NCBI RefSeq assembly: GCF_964355755.1
Contig: NC_092676.1
Location: 3,263,888 to 3,327,887 of the forward strand
Reading direction: 5' to 3'
Length of the DNA: 64,000 nt
From: Antedon mediterranea
Lineage: Eukaryota > Animalia > Echinodermata
A program made the translations under genes and the position numbers. Every line of letters begins with the position of its first letter. The stretch's first letter is position 1. Under the pieces are notes generated by a model. That model did not search any database. It was given only the letters and a program-made list of their open reading frames with translations, and was not told where the DNA came from. Shown one piece after another: positions 40,486-51,734 of the stretch.

Positions 40486-40590
40486 TTCCTCCATGATCAA
40501 ACTAGTTTGACAAAAACAGTGTAATGTGGCCAAATATGTCGTTAGGTGGTTTCCCGAATGATCGTAAAATCAAAACGGAACTTCGTGAGA

Positions 40591-41089
40591 TGGTTTCCCG
40601 AAAGATCGTAAAATCAAGCGGTACTGGGTATGACTAACTAGCGTTCTTGTCACCAACTAGTCAACCATTCATAGAAGTAATGTTTGTTAGTATAAATAAT
40701 TTTGAGTTAATAAGAATAAGATATAAGGAAGAAAAGCAAAGAGACTATGGAGCGGCTATTCCTGAATATACAATACTAAGTATCGGAGTTTGAAATTATA
40801 GATTTTAGGCGAAACATTACTATATATATGCCTAGTGTGTAAACATTTTGACATAATTTCATTAAACATCCACATACAGTACAACTCTTCTTAACACATT
40901 TTTTTTCAATCTTCTATCAACTAAAAGTCGTAGTTAGTCATGTCTCGGGTCACATTCTATGGTCACCGTACTATACAGATAGGCTACTACATCAGTACTT
41001 CTATGAATGGATGACTAGTTGGTGACAATAACGCTAGTTGGTCATACTCAGTACTGTTTTGATTTTACGATCTTTCGGGAAACCACATC
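40591..41089. repeat. ~90-bp inverted repeat arms (40591-40680 and 40995-41089)
   Basis: tggtttcccgaaagatcgtaaaatca..cattcatagaagta and its reverse complement. Confidence 0.75.
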
Positions 41090-41505
41090 ACAACTGATAG
41101 AAAGGTGAATGAACTATTGATGAAATATGGAAAATCCGACGGAAACATTAAGCCACACAAGAAATAAGATTATTTTGTATCTATGACCTAATATAACTGT
41201 GGTGGGACTAGCTACTGTAGTTACATTCCGATATGGCTGATTAACTAATAGAATGACGTAATGCTTAAACAGCATAAATATGGAGGAAGATTTGTACTCG
41301 GCATACATTGTCGGTACGGTGTTATACATCATGATATTGTAACAAGCCAGCGATGTTGTAAAGTACAAATGAATTTAGCTGATTGTCGTTATTTTGTACT
41401 ATTTTTTGTTTGTTTCGTACATTCTTGATAGAAAAAATAATTTAAACTGATCTAAAGATATAATTGTTTGGAACTCAACCGTCGCAAGAATCTACACAGT
41501 TTATA

Positions 41506-42684
41506 ATGGCTCATCATCAAAATTGGATATTTCTGATTATATCTTATAGTATATATCACTACTGTTGTGCACAGTCCTACGTTTTTACTGAAAATCCACA
41601 ATCAGTTTTCGTTGCAGAGGGACAAACAGCCACGTTTTCGTGTGAATGGACACCAACATTGAAGGAAACACATACCGTTACATGGTCAGCATTCCCTCAT
41701 GCTGATACGCCTAAACGAATTGCAAGTTCAACATCAAAATACAATCTAACAAATAAAGCAACGTCATCATATCTTTCCATTTTTAATGTTGATTCTGATG
41801 ATATAGGAAAATACCGGTGTGATATCTGGGAAGGGCAAGGTGATTCATACAGTGTTTCTCGAGAGGCTTATGTAGGAGAACTAACATGCAGTGATGATAG
41901 AGAAATGGGAACAACGCTGAAATGTTCTTATCATTCTTATCCTTCAGATATAAATATTGATTTAATTTGGTATAAAGACGGAAATTTAATTTTATCAAAA
42001 GCACACCACAAGGTTTTAGAATCAAGAGCATTGACTGTCCAAGACGATGGAGCTGTATTTACTTGTAAAGCTGTCATACAACATCAAGTGGTAGGAACTT
42101 GTGAAACTACTCCGCTAGTAGTTCCTATCGATGCAAAGATTGAACAATCGCCACCAGGTCCACTTCAGGTTGGGGATAGCTTTAATCTTACGTGCTCAGG
42201 GAAAGGTAATCCTGATTATTATAGGTATGACTGGACGTGGAATGACAACGTAGTAGCATCTTCAACAACTAAATTATTTACAAATGTACTTACCGTAAAT
42301 AATATATCCATTATTAATGCCAATAACAAACAAGTTACTTGTACTATTAATCGTAGCGGTCGCAACAGCAGTACAGCGAGTCATACAATAATCATTTTAA
42401 AATCTAGTAATATCTTGGAAGGTGAGAATACAACACTAATGATTGTGATCAGTTTATTAATAACTTTAATCGCCGTTTCTGTAATGATAACACTGTACAT
42501 GTGTTTTCAAAACAGAAACGTATCTAGGGACAACATAATTTCATCAAATCGACCACTGAACAATATTGGAAACAATTACGAGTATATTACAAAATCAGAC
42601 AATAACACACATGAGTATGATTATACCATATATCCGGACCTCCCCACCACTAAGCACGTCACTGCTTCAATATTATTGAAGTAG
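41506..42684 (+). CDS. IgSF receptor E (392 aa): signal peptide, 3 Ig domains, short stalk, TM, Tyr-containing tail
   Basis: MAHHQNW start; TM LMIVISLLITLIAVSVMITLYMCF; tail YEYI..YDYTIY. Confidence 0.9.
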   Translation: MAHHQNWIFLIISYSIYHYCCAQSYVFTENPQSVFVAEGQTATFSCEWTPTLKETHTVTWSAFPHADTPKRIASSTSKYNLTNKATSSYLSIFNVDSDDIGKYRCDIWEGQGDSYSVSREAYVGELTCSDDREMGTTLKCSYHSYPSDINIDLIWYKDGNLILSKAHHKVLESRALTVQDDGAVFTCKAVIQHQVVGTCETTPLVVPIDAKIEQSPPGPLQVGDSFNLTCSGKGNPDYYRYDWTWNDNVVASSTTKLFTNVLTVNNISIINANNKQVTCTINRSGRNSSTASHTIIILKSSNILEGENTTLMIVISLLITLIAVSVMITLYMCFQNRNVSRDNIISSNRPLNNIGNNYEYITKSDNNTHEYDYTIYPDLPTTKHVTASILLK

Positions 42685-42959
42685 TCGATTGTTCGCAACA
42701 TGGGCAAACAAATACCAAAGCAATATAACGGATGTTGCATTACCACAAAAAAACATTTCCAGCGAAAAAGCCAAGCAGGAAAACGGTAAATTGCGGGATA
42801 AAGGTCACAGGAATGCGAAAATGAATAATTATTATATTATCCGTATGATCAGAAAAGTGGAGTTGAAGTCAGTCTAAATAACTACGATGACGTCATCTTG
42901 GTGTGCATGGGACCCACTGGATGTCTACTGATGATTCATGAAGGAAAATGAATCAGAAG

Positions 42960-43085
42960 CTAAACCAGTAAAGTCTACTAAACCAGTAAATTCTACTAAA
43001 CCAGTGAACTCTACTCAACCAGTAAACTCTACTCACCCAGTAAACTCTACTAAACAAGTATACTCTACTCAACCAGTAAACTCTA
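42960..43085. repeat. 18-bp minisatellite, about 7 copies
   Basis: accagtaaactctact(a/c)a units. Confidence 0.85.
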
Positions 43086-44184
43086 TACTACCTAAATGAA
43101 CAAACAATTCGTACAATAATATTTAAAAACAACCCATGTTTTACTGTTTTAGTTCAATGTCCCTGTGCGTAATCCTTGTAAACCCCTTCTTTATGTTAAA
43201 TTTTCTGGTGTTAATGTTTGTAAAAATTGTGTTTTCTGTAGACTTTCGTCGTTGTTGTATAATTCCTGTCGTTTATCAAATAATTATTTAGATGTTTTAA
43301 CTGTAGCATTTTAAATGTATTTTGAATGATATTATTATATAAATTTTGCATTTGTGTTTTAAGTTTATATTTTAGTATCAACCTGCAATTGGTGCTCTGC
43401 ACTGTGGATTGCCAGAAAAATGAATAAGAATAGAATATCAAAATTAATATTTAAGGGGTCTGGTTTATATATCAACAGTTTATCTACGTTAGTGTGGCTA
43501 TCTTTTTTCAATCATTGTATATGAACCACTTCCGTGTCTGGTTTTAAACTTTAGAATAATTAAGTTTAGTAAAAACATGTAAACTGTGTATGCTGTTATC
43601 TTTTATCATTATATCGTAATATATCATAAAAGATAAAGATAAAAAAAAATATCGTAATATTTATCAAGGTATTTAATTTTATCTTATTGACATGTGTGAC
43701 GTATCTCGGGTTTGTTTCTTGTTTATTTTACTATTGTAAATACCACTACTTTATTTAAATCACTCGAATGTATAACCAAATACAAGTCACACAAGTCACA
43801 AGTCACAAATCAGTTTATTTGATCCAAAAGAAAAAAAAAATACAAAGCAAAAAATATACAAAAGGACCAGGGAGACTTCCATTAAGGCCAAAAGCCGCAT
43901 GCATGGAAGCCACCCGAACATTTTAAATAATATATAATTCTCATGTATATAATATAATTAAAAAATTAACAAATCATAACATTAACAGAATCATATCAGA
44001 ACAGCTACAACCCATCTCTATTACATATATAATATATACAATACTGTACATGTACTGTACAATTAGGCGAAGAAATAAATATTAGTTAGTGGGATCCAAG
44101 CTTTATAATGACATGCTTTTTGGAAAAGTTTTAAATAAGCTCAAGATTTAAATTATCCAAAAACTGACTACACTTTTTCAGTTA

Positions 44185-44587
44185 CCGAAAATCTTCTAAT
44201 AGTAACCCAAACTCTAATAGTAATCCCTCCCTTCTAATAGTAACCAATGGGGGTTACTATTAGAGTCACAAAAACTTATGATGCAGCCGTATTTTGAAAT
44301 AAGGAGATAATGCATGATCTCGGGAGTGGGAGAGGATTGAGTGTTTTTGAGTTTATAAAATAAAGTTAGAGTCCAACCAAATTTGGTTATTCGTACTGTT
44401 TTATTATTTTGCTATGAGTAGCTGACCGGAAAAGTTGGGGGTGAGTTAATATTTTCAGGTGCCTAATTTTAGATTAGTGGGCCTAATAGTAACTCACTAC
44501 TCTAATAGTAACCCACTTCTAATAGTAACCCACCCTAAAAAAGAATTAAAGAATAATAACCCAGGGTTACAATTAGAAGATTTACGG
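44185..44587. mobile_element. Tc1/mariner-type (Tc2/pogo-like) MITE
   Basis: TA-CCGAAAATCTTCTAATAGTAACCC..GGGTTACAATTAGAAGATTTACGG-TA; internal ctaatagtaac repeats. Confidence 0.75.
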
Positions 44588-45681
44588 TAATCCCTTTGCA
44601 ATATAGCTTTTATCATCATATTTTTCTCCGATTCATTTTACACGTGAGACAACTGGATATTTGTCAGAAAAATATGTTAATTTTCATACTTGAAAAGGCA
44701 ATAGAACTGCAATTATGTTTGATACAGTAACTTCATATTATGATACAGTAAATCTACAATTGTATTCATTATCTTGATTCCCTACACTAAAAACATAAAT
44801 AAAAAGTTTATCGAAAATATGGACTTCATGCGCTGTTGTTTGTTGCTTAAATAAGACAAATTGGCAAATTATTGTTAATAATGTTAATCTTAAACTTAAT
44901 GTTTTTATATATCTCAGACCAAACATAATTTATATTTATATTTCATATGCAAATGACAATGAATTAAATTTTTTTCTACTGAATAAATAAACAGTAAACG
45001 TGTCTGCTTTTCTACGCAATATGTTATTGTTTGATTCTTTACATATGAAACAACTTTGTCAGTCACGTGCTCAAGTTAGTGTTTACCGACCAACCGACCG
45101 ACCGAACGACCAAATGACCGACTAAAAACATGTGGATGGCAAACATGAAATGGAAGTTTAAAGATATTTAAAATAATCTTGTAAACATTTTGAAATAATA
45201 GCTTTCCTGTTTGATGATTGCGAACATTTCAATCAATAATTAGCTATTCAGATAGGAACCTTAATAATAATATTCATAATTACACAAAAGTGACTTTCTA
45301 AATCAATAAGTAGGCCTACTCCGTGAAGTATTTTACAATATTTTCCTATACAGCGATGGTGATCATTTAAAACAACTATTTTCAATCTTTTCTGCAGTAA
45401 TCGAGGTTTTTCTTTGTCACAGCAACGTACAAAATAAATATAATGACATAGCGCTTACATTTTTCTCTAGGAGGCGGTATACAATTTTACCAATTTTAGC
45501 TACACAATAAATGCAGAATATAAACGACGCGTGAGTGGATACGTACATTTAGATTGTAATCAAGCTTGCATAGAGTGCACATTAATTGGATCAAGTGATT
45601 GTTTAAGCCAAGAACTATATCACAAGAATCTACTACAGCTTTACTACGATTTAGAAAGTTAATCAACCATCGAAAGAAATA

Positions 45682-46344
45682 ATGGCTCATCATCAATATT
45701 GGACATTACTGTTTTATAAGCGCCTTGTTATATTGTACAGTATAACGTACTGTTGTTTTGCAAAATCCTATATTTTTACAAAACATCCAAAATCGGTTTC
45801 CGTTGCAAAAGGACAAACAGCAACGTTGTCGTGTGAATGGGCACCAGCATTGGATGAAAAACATGCCGTTTTCTGGTCAGTATTCCCTGCTGATGGTAGG
45901 CCTACAAGAATTGAAAGATCAACATTAAAGTACAATCTAACAAGTAAATCAACCTGCTCATATCTTTCCATGTTCAATGTTGATTCTGATGATATAGGAA
46001 CATACAGGTGTGATATCTGGGAAGGGCAAGGTGATTCATACAGTGTTTCTAGAGAGGCTTATGTAGGAGAAGAACTAACATGCAGTGATGATAGTGAAAT
46101 GGGAACAACGCTGAAATGTTCTTCATCTTCTTTTTCAAATGACATATATTTAGAGTGGTATAAAGGCGAACAACGGATTAATTCAAAAATACAATCAAAT
46201 AATATTTTAGAATCAAGACCGTTGACTGTTGAAGACAATAGAGCTGTGTTTACTTGTAAAGCCAGGCTTCGATTATACCATCATGAAGTTGTAGGAACTT
46301 GTAAAACTACTTCGTTTATGTCGACTCACAAATGCAGATATTGA
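45682..46344 (+). CDS. Secreted 2-Ig protein F (220 aa)
   Basis: Same architecture as C; ends STHKCRY; followed by a decayed Ig3/stalk/TM relic to ~46800. Confidence 0.87.
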   Translation: MAHHQYWTLLFYKRLVILYSITYCCFAKSYIFTKHPKSVSVAKGQTATLSCEWAPALDEKHAVFWSVFPADGRPTRIERSTLKYNLTSKSTCSYLSMFNVDSDDIGTYRCDIWEGQGDSYSVSREAYVGEELTCSDDSEMGTTLKCSSSSFSNDIYLEWYKGEQRINSKIQSNNILESRPLTVEDNRAVFTCKARLRLYHHEVVGTCKTTSFMSTHKCRY

Positions 46345-48568
46345 ACAATCACAGCGCGCCAGGTAAACGTCAGGTTGCAGATATCTTTAAACATAGAACT
46401 CATGCTTTAACCCCCACCAAGCTCAGGGAAACTTAATCACGATTACTATATTGAATAGGAATTGGATAACAACTCATTGGCAAGTTTAAAAGATCCATTT
46501 GAAATAGGTAATTTAAAGGATACATATCAACTGAAAATTAACGGATATGCCTCTACTAGTCGTAGTGGTCCGCAAAGAAGTTATAGCACGACCTATACAA
46601 GCAACATTTCAGAGCCTATTTGCAGTAAAACGCAAACTCAAGCAAGCTAGACAATGAAGACTGAATCTACCTCATTAAAATTGAAAAGTTTGCGTATGAT
46701 AGAAGAAGAATACTGGTTGTAATGGTTACAATACCAACAATATTATCGTATTCGTACCTAGAAGGAGAAATAGATCTAATGAAATCAGGAAGAATATCAG
46801 GACTTCTTGAAGTCCTACAGGGAACAAGAAAAGAAAAAAAAAACTCAAAAAATCACATTATTAAAACTCAGATAATTTTTGTCTTTTGAAACAGTAGGCT
46901 TATGTGCATAATTTGGTATATAACCATACAGGGATTAATTTTTTTTTAAAATTTATTTTGTATCTTTAATATCATTACTCGTATTGTGTTAATATTAATG
47001 TAAGTGTAATTATTTCAGGTCATAGATAGAGACGTGTTCGATACCAGATGAACTAAGATGGCTTCATATTTTATTCACTAGATGCTTGCTTATTTGTCGA
47101 TAACAACAAGTCGTACCCCTGTTTTACTAGTACAAATTGTAAATTGTGATTTGTTATAATATTAATATTTTCCATTACAGCAAAGTTGAAATTACTTTAT
47201 AATCTGTTGTTGTTGTATAATTAATTTTTCTTAATTGAAATTATAATAGGTTAATACGGAAAACATCTTCATTGTAAGATAAGAAATCTAAAATTGGTGA
47301 GCGCCGCAATTGGCAATGAAATATTGTAAATTCAATAATTATTTCAATCCATTATGTATATACCCTATTAACAGTAGCTGAGTTACAGTTTCTCCAAAAT
47401 GGAAAAGAGACAGTGTCGTCAGCAAGTCTATGACCATTATTTTCTGTTTGGTTATCGTAGATATATTTTAGACAATAATAAAACCTATTGAAGAACCGAA
47501 TTAAATAAATTTAATACGATACGAAATAGTATTGTTTTCTAATACGTATCCAACAATGAGAAACTCACATAATATAACGACCATAATTAATTATCTTAGA
47601 CTTTTCCTGAGGGCGCTCTTAGTATTGAATTGTTTCCGTTTTGTATCTTGTTTTTGCTTTGTATTTCAATGTGTTCTCTCCATTTCTGGAGGCTTTCTGA
47701 ATAAATTGAATTTAATTGAAATAATTTCGTTAAAGTATATTATTAATTTATGCAAATCGGTCATACCAGATCATGCAGTCCACTCTAATCATGTTATAAA
47801 TTGGACTTAACACAAAATTATTGACAGGGAATCGGACAACGACATCAGGCGCATGAAAGAGGCAATTTGGATACGAAGAAGACAAACAAAAAACATCAAC
47901 CGAGACGAAGGTACACACACCAATAGCCACATATATTTTATAACCCTGTAATTAGACAGAATTGGCGCTCTAGATAATTTAAAACAAATTGTTTTCTTTT
48001 CTGCAGTAATCAAGGTTTTTCTTTGTCACAACAACTTACAAAATAAATATAATGCCATAGCGTTTACATTTTGTCTCTAGGGGGCGGTATACAATTGTAC
48101 CGATTATAGCTAACCCTGGATTTAATGCAGCCTAAATGAATTCTGTGTTCATATACCTAGCTCATATCCTCTCATCATAGGCTTTAAACAGCTTATAGAT
48201 GGCTATTCCATGTCTGACAAGAAAAGTTGGAAAACGCCGATACGAGTAAAACAAGATGCGTTGTCTAGGCAACAAAACAGTATTTTTAAGTCCTACAATT
48301 GCTAAAATGACGTCAGATTCACTTTCGCCTATTTTTAATAAAAGGACAGCAGCAGTTTCAAGTGCATTGTACCTAGATACCGGATACGTATATGCAGGGA
48401 GTTGCAACTCCCTGGTATATGTATAGCATATTATTAGGCCTGCAGCTGGATACAGTGCACAGGAATCAGATCGGGTGACAAAGAACCAGTTCTATCACAA
48501 CAATCTACTACAGCAAGTTAGGCCGAGTAGGAAAGAATGCAACATCGCAAGAAACTACAAAGTTTATA

Positions 48569-49231
48569 ATGGCTCGTCATCAACATTGTACACTGATGTT
48601 TTTCAAGTGCCTGATTACATTGTATAGCATATTTAATAGCTGTTGTGCACAATCCTATACTTTTACAGAAGATCCGCAGTCTGTTATCTTTGAGAAGGGA
48701 CAAACAGCGTCGCTGTCGTGTGAATGGACACCGGCATTGAATGGAACACATACTGTTTTCTGGGCAGCATTCCCTAGTGGGGGTCCGTCTCATCTAATTG
48801 ATAGTTCAACATTAAAATACAATCTAACAAGTAAAGCAACCTTCTCGTATCTTTCCATTTTTAATGTGGTTTCTGATGATGTAGGAAAATACAGGTGTGA
48901 TATCTCAAAAGGTGGTGATTCATACATTCTTTCTCGAGAGGCTTTTGTATGGCAAGAAATAAAATGCAGTGGTAATGGTGAAATAGGAAAAACGCTGAAA
49001 TGTTCTTTTGCTGCTTCTTCTCCAAGTGACATATTTTTAGGCTGGTATAATAAAGACGGATATCGGGTTGAATCAAAATTACATCCAAATAATATTTTGG
49101 AATCAAGACCGTTGACTGCTGAAGACAATGGAGCTGTGTTTACTTGTAAAGCATGGGATCGATTGGAACATAAAGTTGTAGGAATTTGTGAAACCACTCC
49201 GTTTCTGTCGATTCACCAATGCAGAAATTGA
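48569..49231 (+). CDS. Secreted 2-Ig protein G (220 aa), recent duplicate of D
   Basis: Nearly identical to 16658-17320, including flanks. Confidence 0.87.
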   Translation: MARHQHCTLMFFKCLITLYSIFNSCCAQSYTFTEDPQSVIFEKGQTASLSCEWTPALNGTHTVFWAAFPSGGPSHLIDSSTLKYNLTSKATFSYLSIFNVVSDDVGKYRCDISKGGDSYILSREAFVWQEIKCSGNGEIGKTLKCSFAASSPSDIFLGWYNKDGYRVESKLHPNNILESRPLTAEDNGAVFTCKAWDRLEHKVVGICETTPFLSIHQCRN

Positions 49232-49955
49232 ACAATCATCGCCAGGTCAACTTCAGGTCAGAAATAGCTTTAACCATGAAGAACGTACTAACGTAAAACT
49301 GTGTGTTTACAATGATGTTAATGTAAAACTTATTTGTGATTAACATCGTAGACAATATTTAGGAATATAGACTTATCTTATTACTGTAATGATATCAGTA
49401 ATGTTAAGTTCAGGATTAAACCTAATAGTTCATTGTCGAATAGACCGGAGTTTTCATTTCATTACACGCACGATATCGTGTACAAAGTTACGAGCAATGG
49501 TATAATTACAACGTTAACAACTGAACTTGACACTCTCTATAGCATTTATTGTTCATGTTTAAAAGAATATTTACTACAAAAAAAATTTGTTTAATCAAGG
49601 TCTTTATAGAATCTTTTCTTAAAATTATTTTATAGATGTTATTAAACTCATATTTTACATCTGTAAACTTACATACTATTATATCAATTATCATAAGGTT
49701 ATTAAGTTGTTTTTAACATAATTTTAAAATAATATTCCTTTTTAGTCACGTGCAATGCGACTCTACAGCTCACTATGTCGGTCGGTAAACACTAACTTGA
49801 GCACGCGACTGCACCCATGTATATGGCCTTGTTTTTTAAATCATTATTACGAACATGTTATCTACCATTACATCCGTTTACACGTATTAATATACTTCAT
49901 TAACATTATTTTCTGTTAAATCATCAATTAATATCATTAATCGTATTAAGTTAAT

Positions 49956-50265
49956 AAGGTAAAGGTAAAGTCGAAACCTAAGCTAATGCTAACGGTCGTG
50001 GTGCCCATCTCCATTTATTGAGCGTTTGGGCCACACTCCACTAAGTGTGTATGTTTGTGGGGGGTACGTCAGCCCTCCCGCACAAACGAGTCTGATTTAC
50101 CTTCCCAGTACTTTTTACATACCGGTACCCATTTCTATCACCTGGGTGGGGAGGATGTGGATAAAGAATCTTGCTCAAGGATTCAACACTGCAGTGACCG
50201 GGCCGGGGCTTGAACCGGCAACCTCTTGATTGCAAGTCCAATGCTCTAACCACTGCGCCACAGTG
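49956..50265 (-). mobile_element. Second copy of the tRNA/CORE-like SINE, copied by segmental duplication
   Basis: Nearly identical to 18075-18388 with the same flanks. Confidence 0.8.
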
Positions 50266-51119
50266 TGGCGCTACTACTAGTACTAATGTATATACACATA
50301 AATATAATGAAATAAGTGTAATTATTTTAGGTCATAAATAATAAAACGAGATGAACAATGTATGTACGGTATTTTACTAGTACAATTTGTCAATTATTAT
50401 GCATACAATATTAATATCTTCAATTACAGCAAAGTTGAAATTACTTTATAATCTGTTGTTGTTGTATAATAAATTTTTCTTAATTGAAATTATTAAACGT
50501 TTAATAGAAAACATCTTCAATGCAAGATAAGAAAGCTAAAATTAGTGAACGCCGTAATATGCAATGAAATATTGTAAATTTAATAATTATTTCAATCCAT
50601 TATGTGTAATACTCCATTTACTGTAGCTGAGTTACAGTTTCTCCAAAATGGAAAAGAGACCATTATTTTCTGTTTGGTTATCGTAGATATTATTTTAGAC
50701 AATAATAAAACTTATTCAAGAATTGTATTAAATAAATATATATATACGGTACGAAATAGTATTTAATATGAGAAACACACACAATCGACCATGATTAATT
50801 ATTATCTTAAACTTTCCCCGAGGGCGCTCTTACTATTGAATTGTTTCCGTTTTTAGTCGCGTGGACGCGACTCTATAGTTCACTATGTCGGTCGGTCGGT
50901 CTGTCTGTCGGTCCGGTATCACTATGCGTTTTAGCACGCGACTTATGGCTGTTGGCCTTGTTTATTTTGTTTTTGCTTTGTATTTTAATGTGTTCTCTCC
51001 ATTTTTGGAGGCTTTTTGAATAAATTGAATTTAATTGAAAATACTTTCGTATATTAGTAATGTATGCAGTCCTAACGTTCAGTATCTTTGTTTCTAAAGC
51101 TCTTTCTACACTATCAAAC

Positions 51120-51164
51120 CATGGAAGAAATATATATATATATATATTATATATTTCCTCCATG
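51120..51164. mobile_element. P-like footprint / empty site of the 21-kb insertion
   Basis: atcaaac[catggaagaaa(ta)n..atttcctccatg]atcaaac. Confidence 0.75.
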
Positions 51165-51734
51165 ATCAAACTAGTTTGACAAAAACAGTGTAATGTGCCC
51201 AAATATGTCGTTAGGTGGTTTCCCGAAAGATCGTAAAATCAAGCGGTACTGGGTATGACTAACTAGCGTTCTTGTCACCAACTAGTCATCCATTCATAGA
51301 AGTACTGATGTAGTAGCTTATCTATTCGGTGACCATAGAATGTGACCCGAGACATGACTAACTACGACTTTTAGTAGATAGAAGATTGAAAAAAAAATTG
51401 TTAAGAAGAGTTGTACTGTAAGTGGATGTTTAATGAAATTATGTCAATAATGTTTACACACTAGGCATATAAATAGTAACGTTTGTTAGTATAAATAATT
51501 TTGAGTTAATAAGAATAAGATATAAGGAAGAAAAGCAAAGAGACTATGGAGCGGCTATTCCTGAATATACAATACTAAGTATCGGAGTTTGAAATTATAG
51601 ATTTTAGGTGAAACATAACTACTAATATGGTTAGAGTGTGTGTGTATTTTCAAAAAAGAAACGTATCTAAGGACAACGTAATTTCATCAAATCGACCACT
51701 GAACAATATTGGAAACAATTACGAGTATATTACA

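Larger units (their letters stand above)
19150..40495. mobile_element. ~21.3-kb insertion bounded by CATGGAGGAAAT(AT)n inverted ends and 7-bp TSD ATCAAAC, with subterminal GGCCNWTTGCTAC repeats
   Basis: The paralogous site at 51113-51171 has the same flanks around only 45 bp; the subterminal motif is in opposite orientations at 19185-19250 and 40260-40410. Confidence 0.75.
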
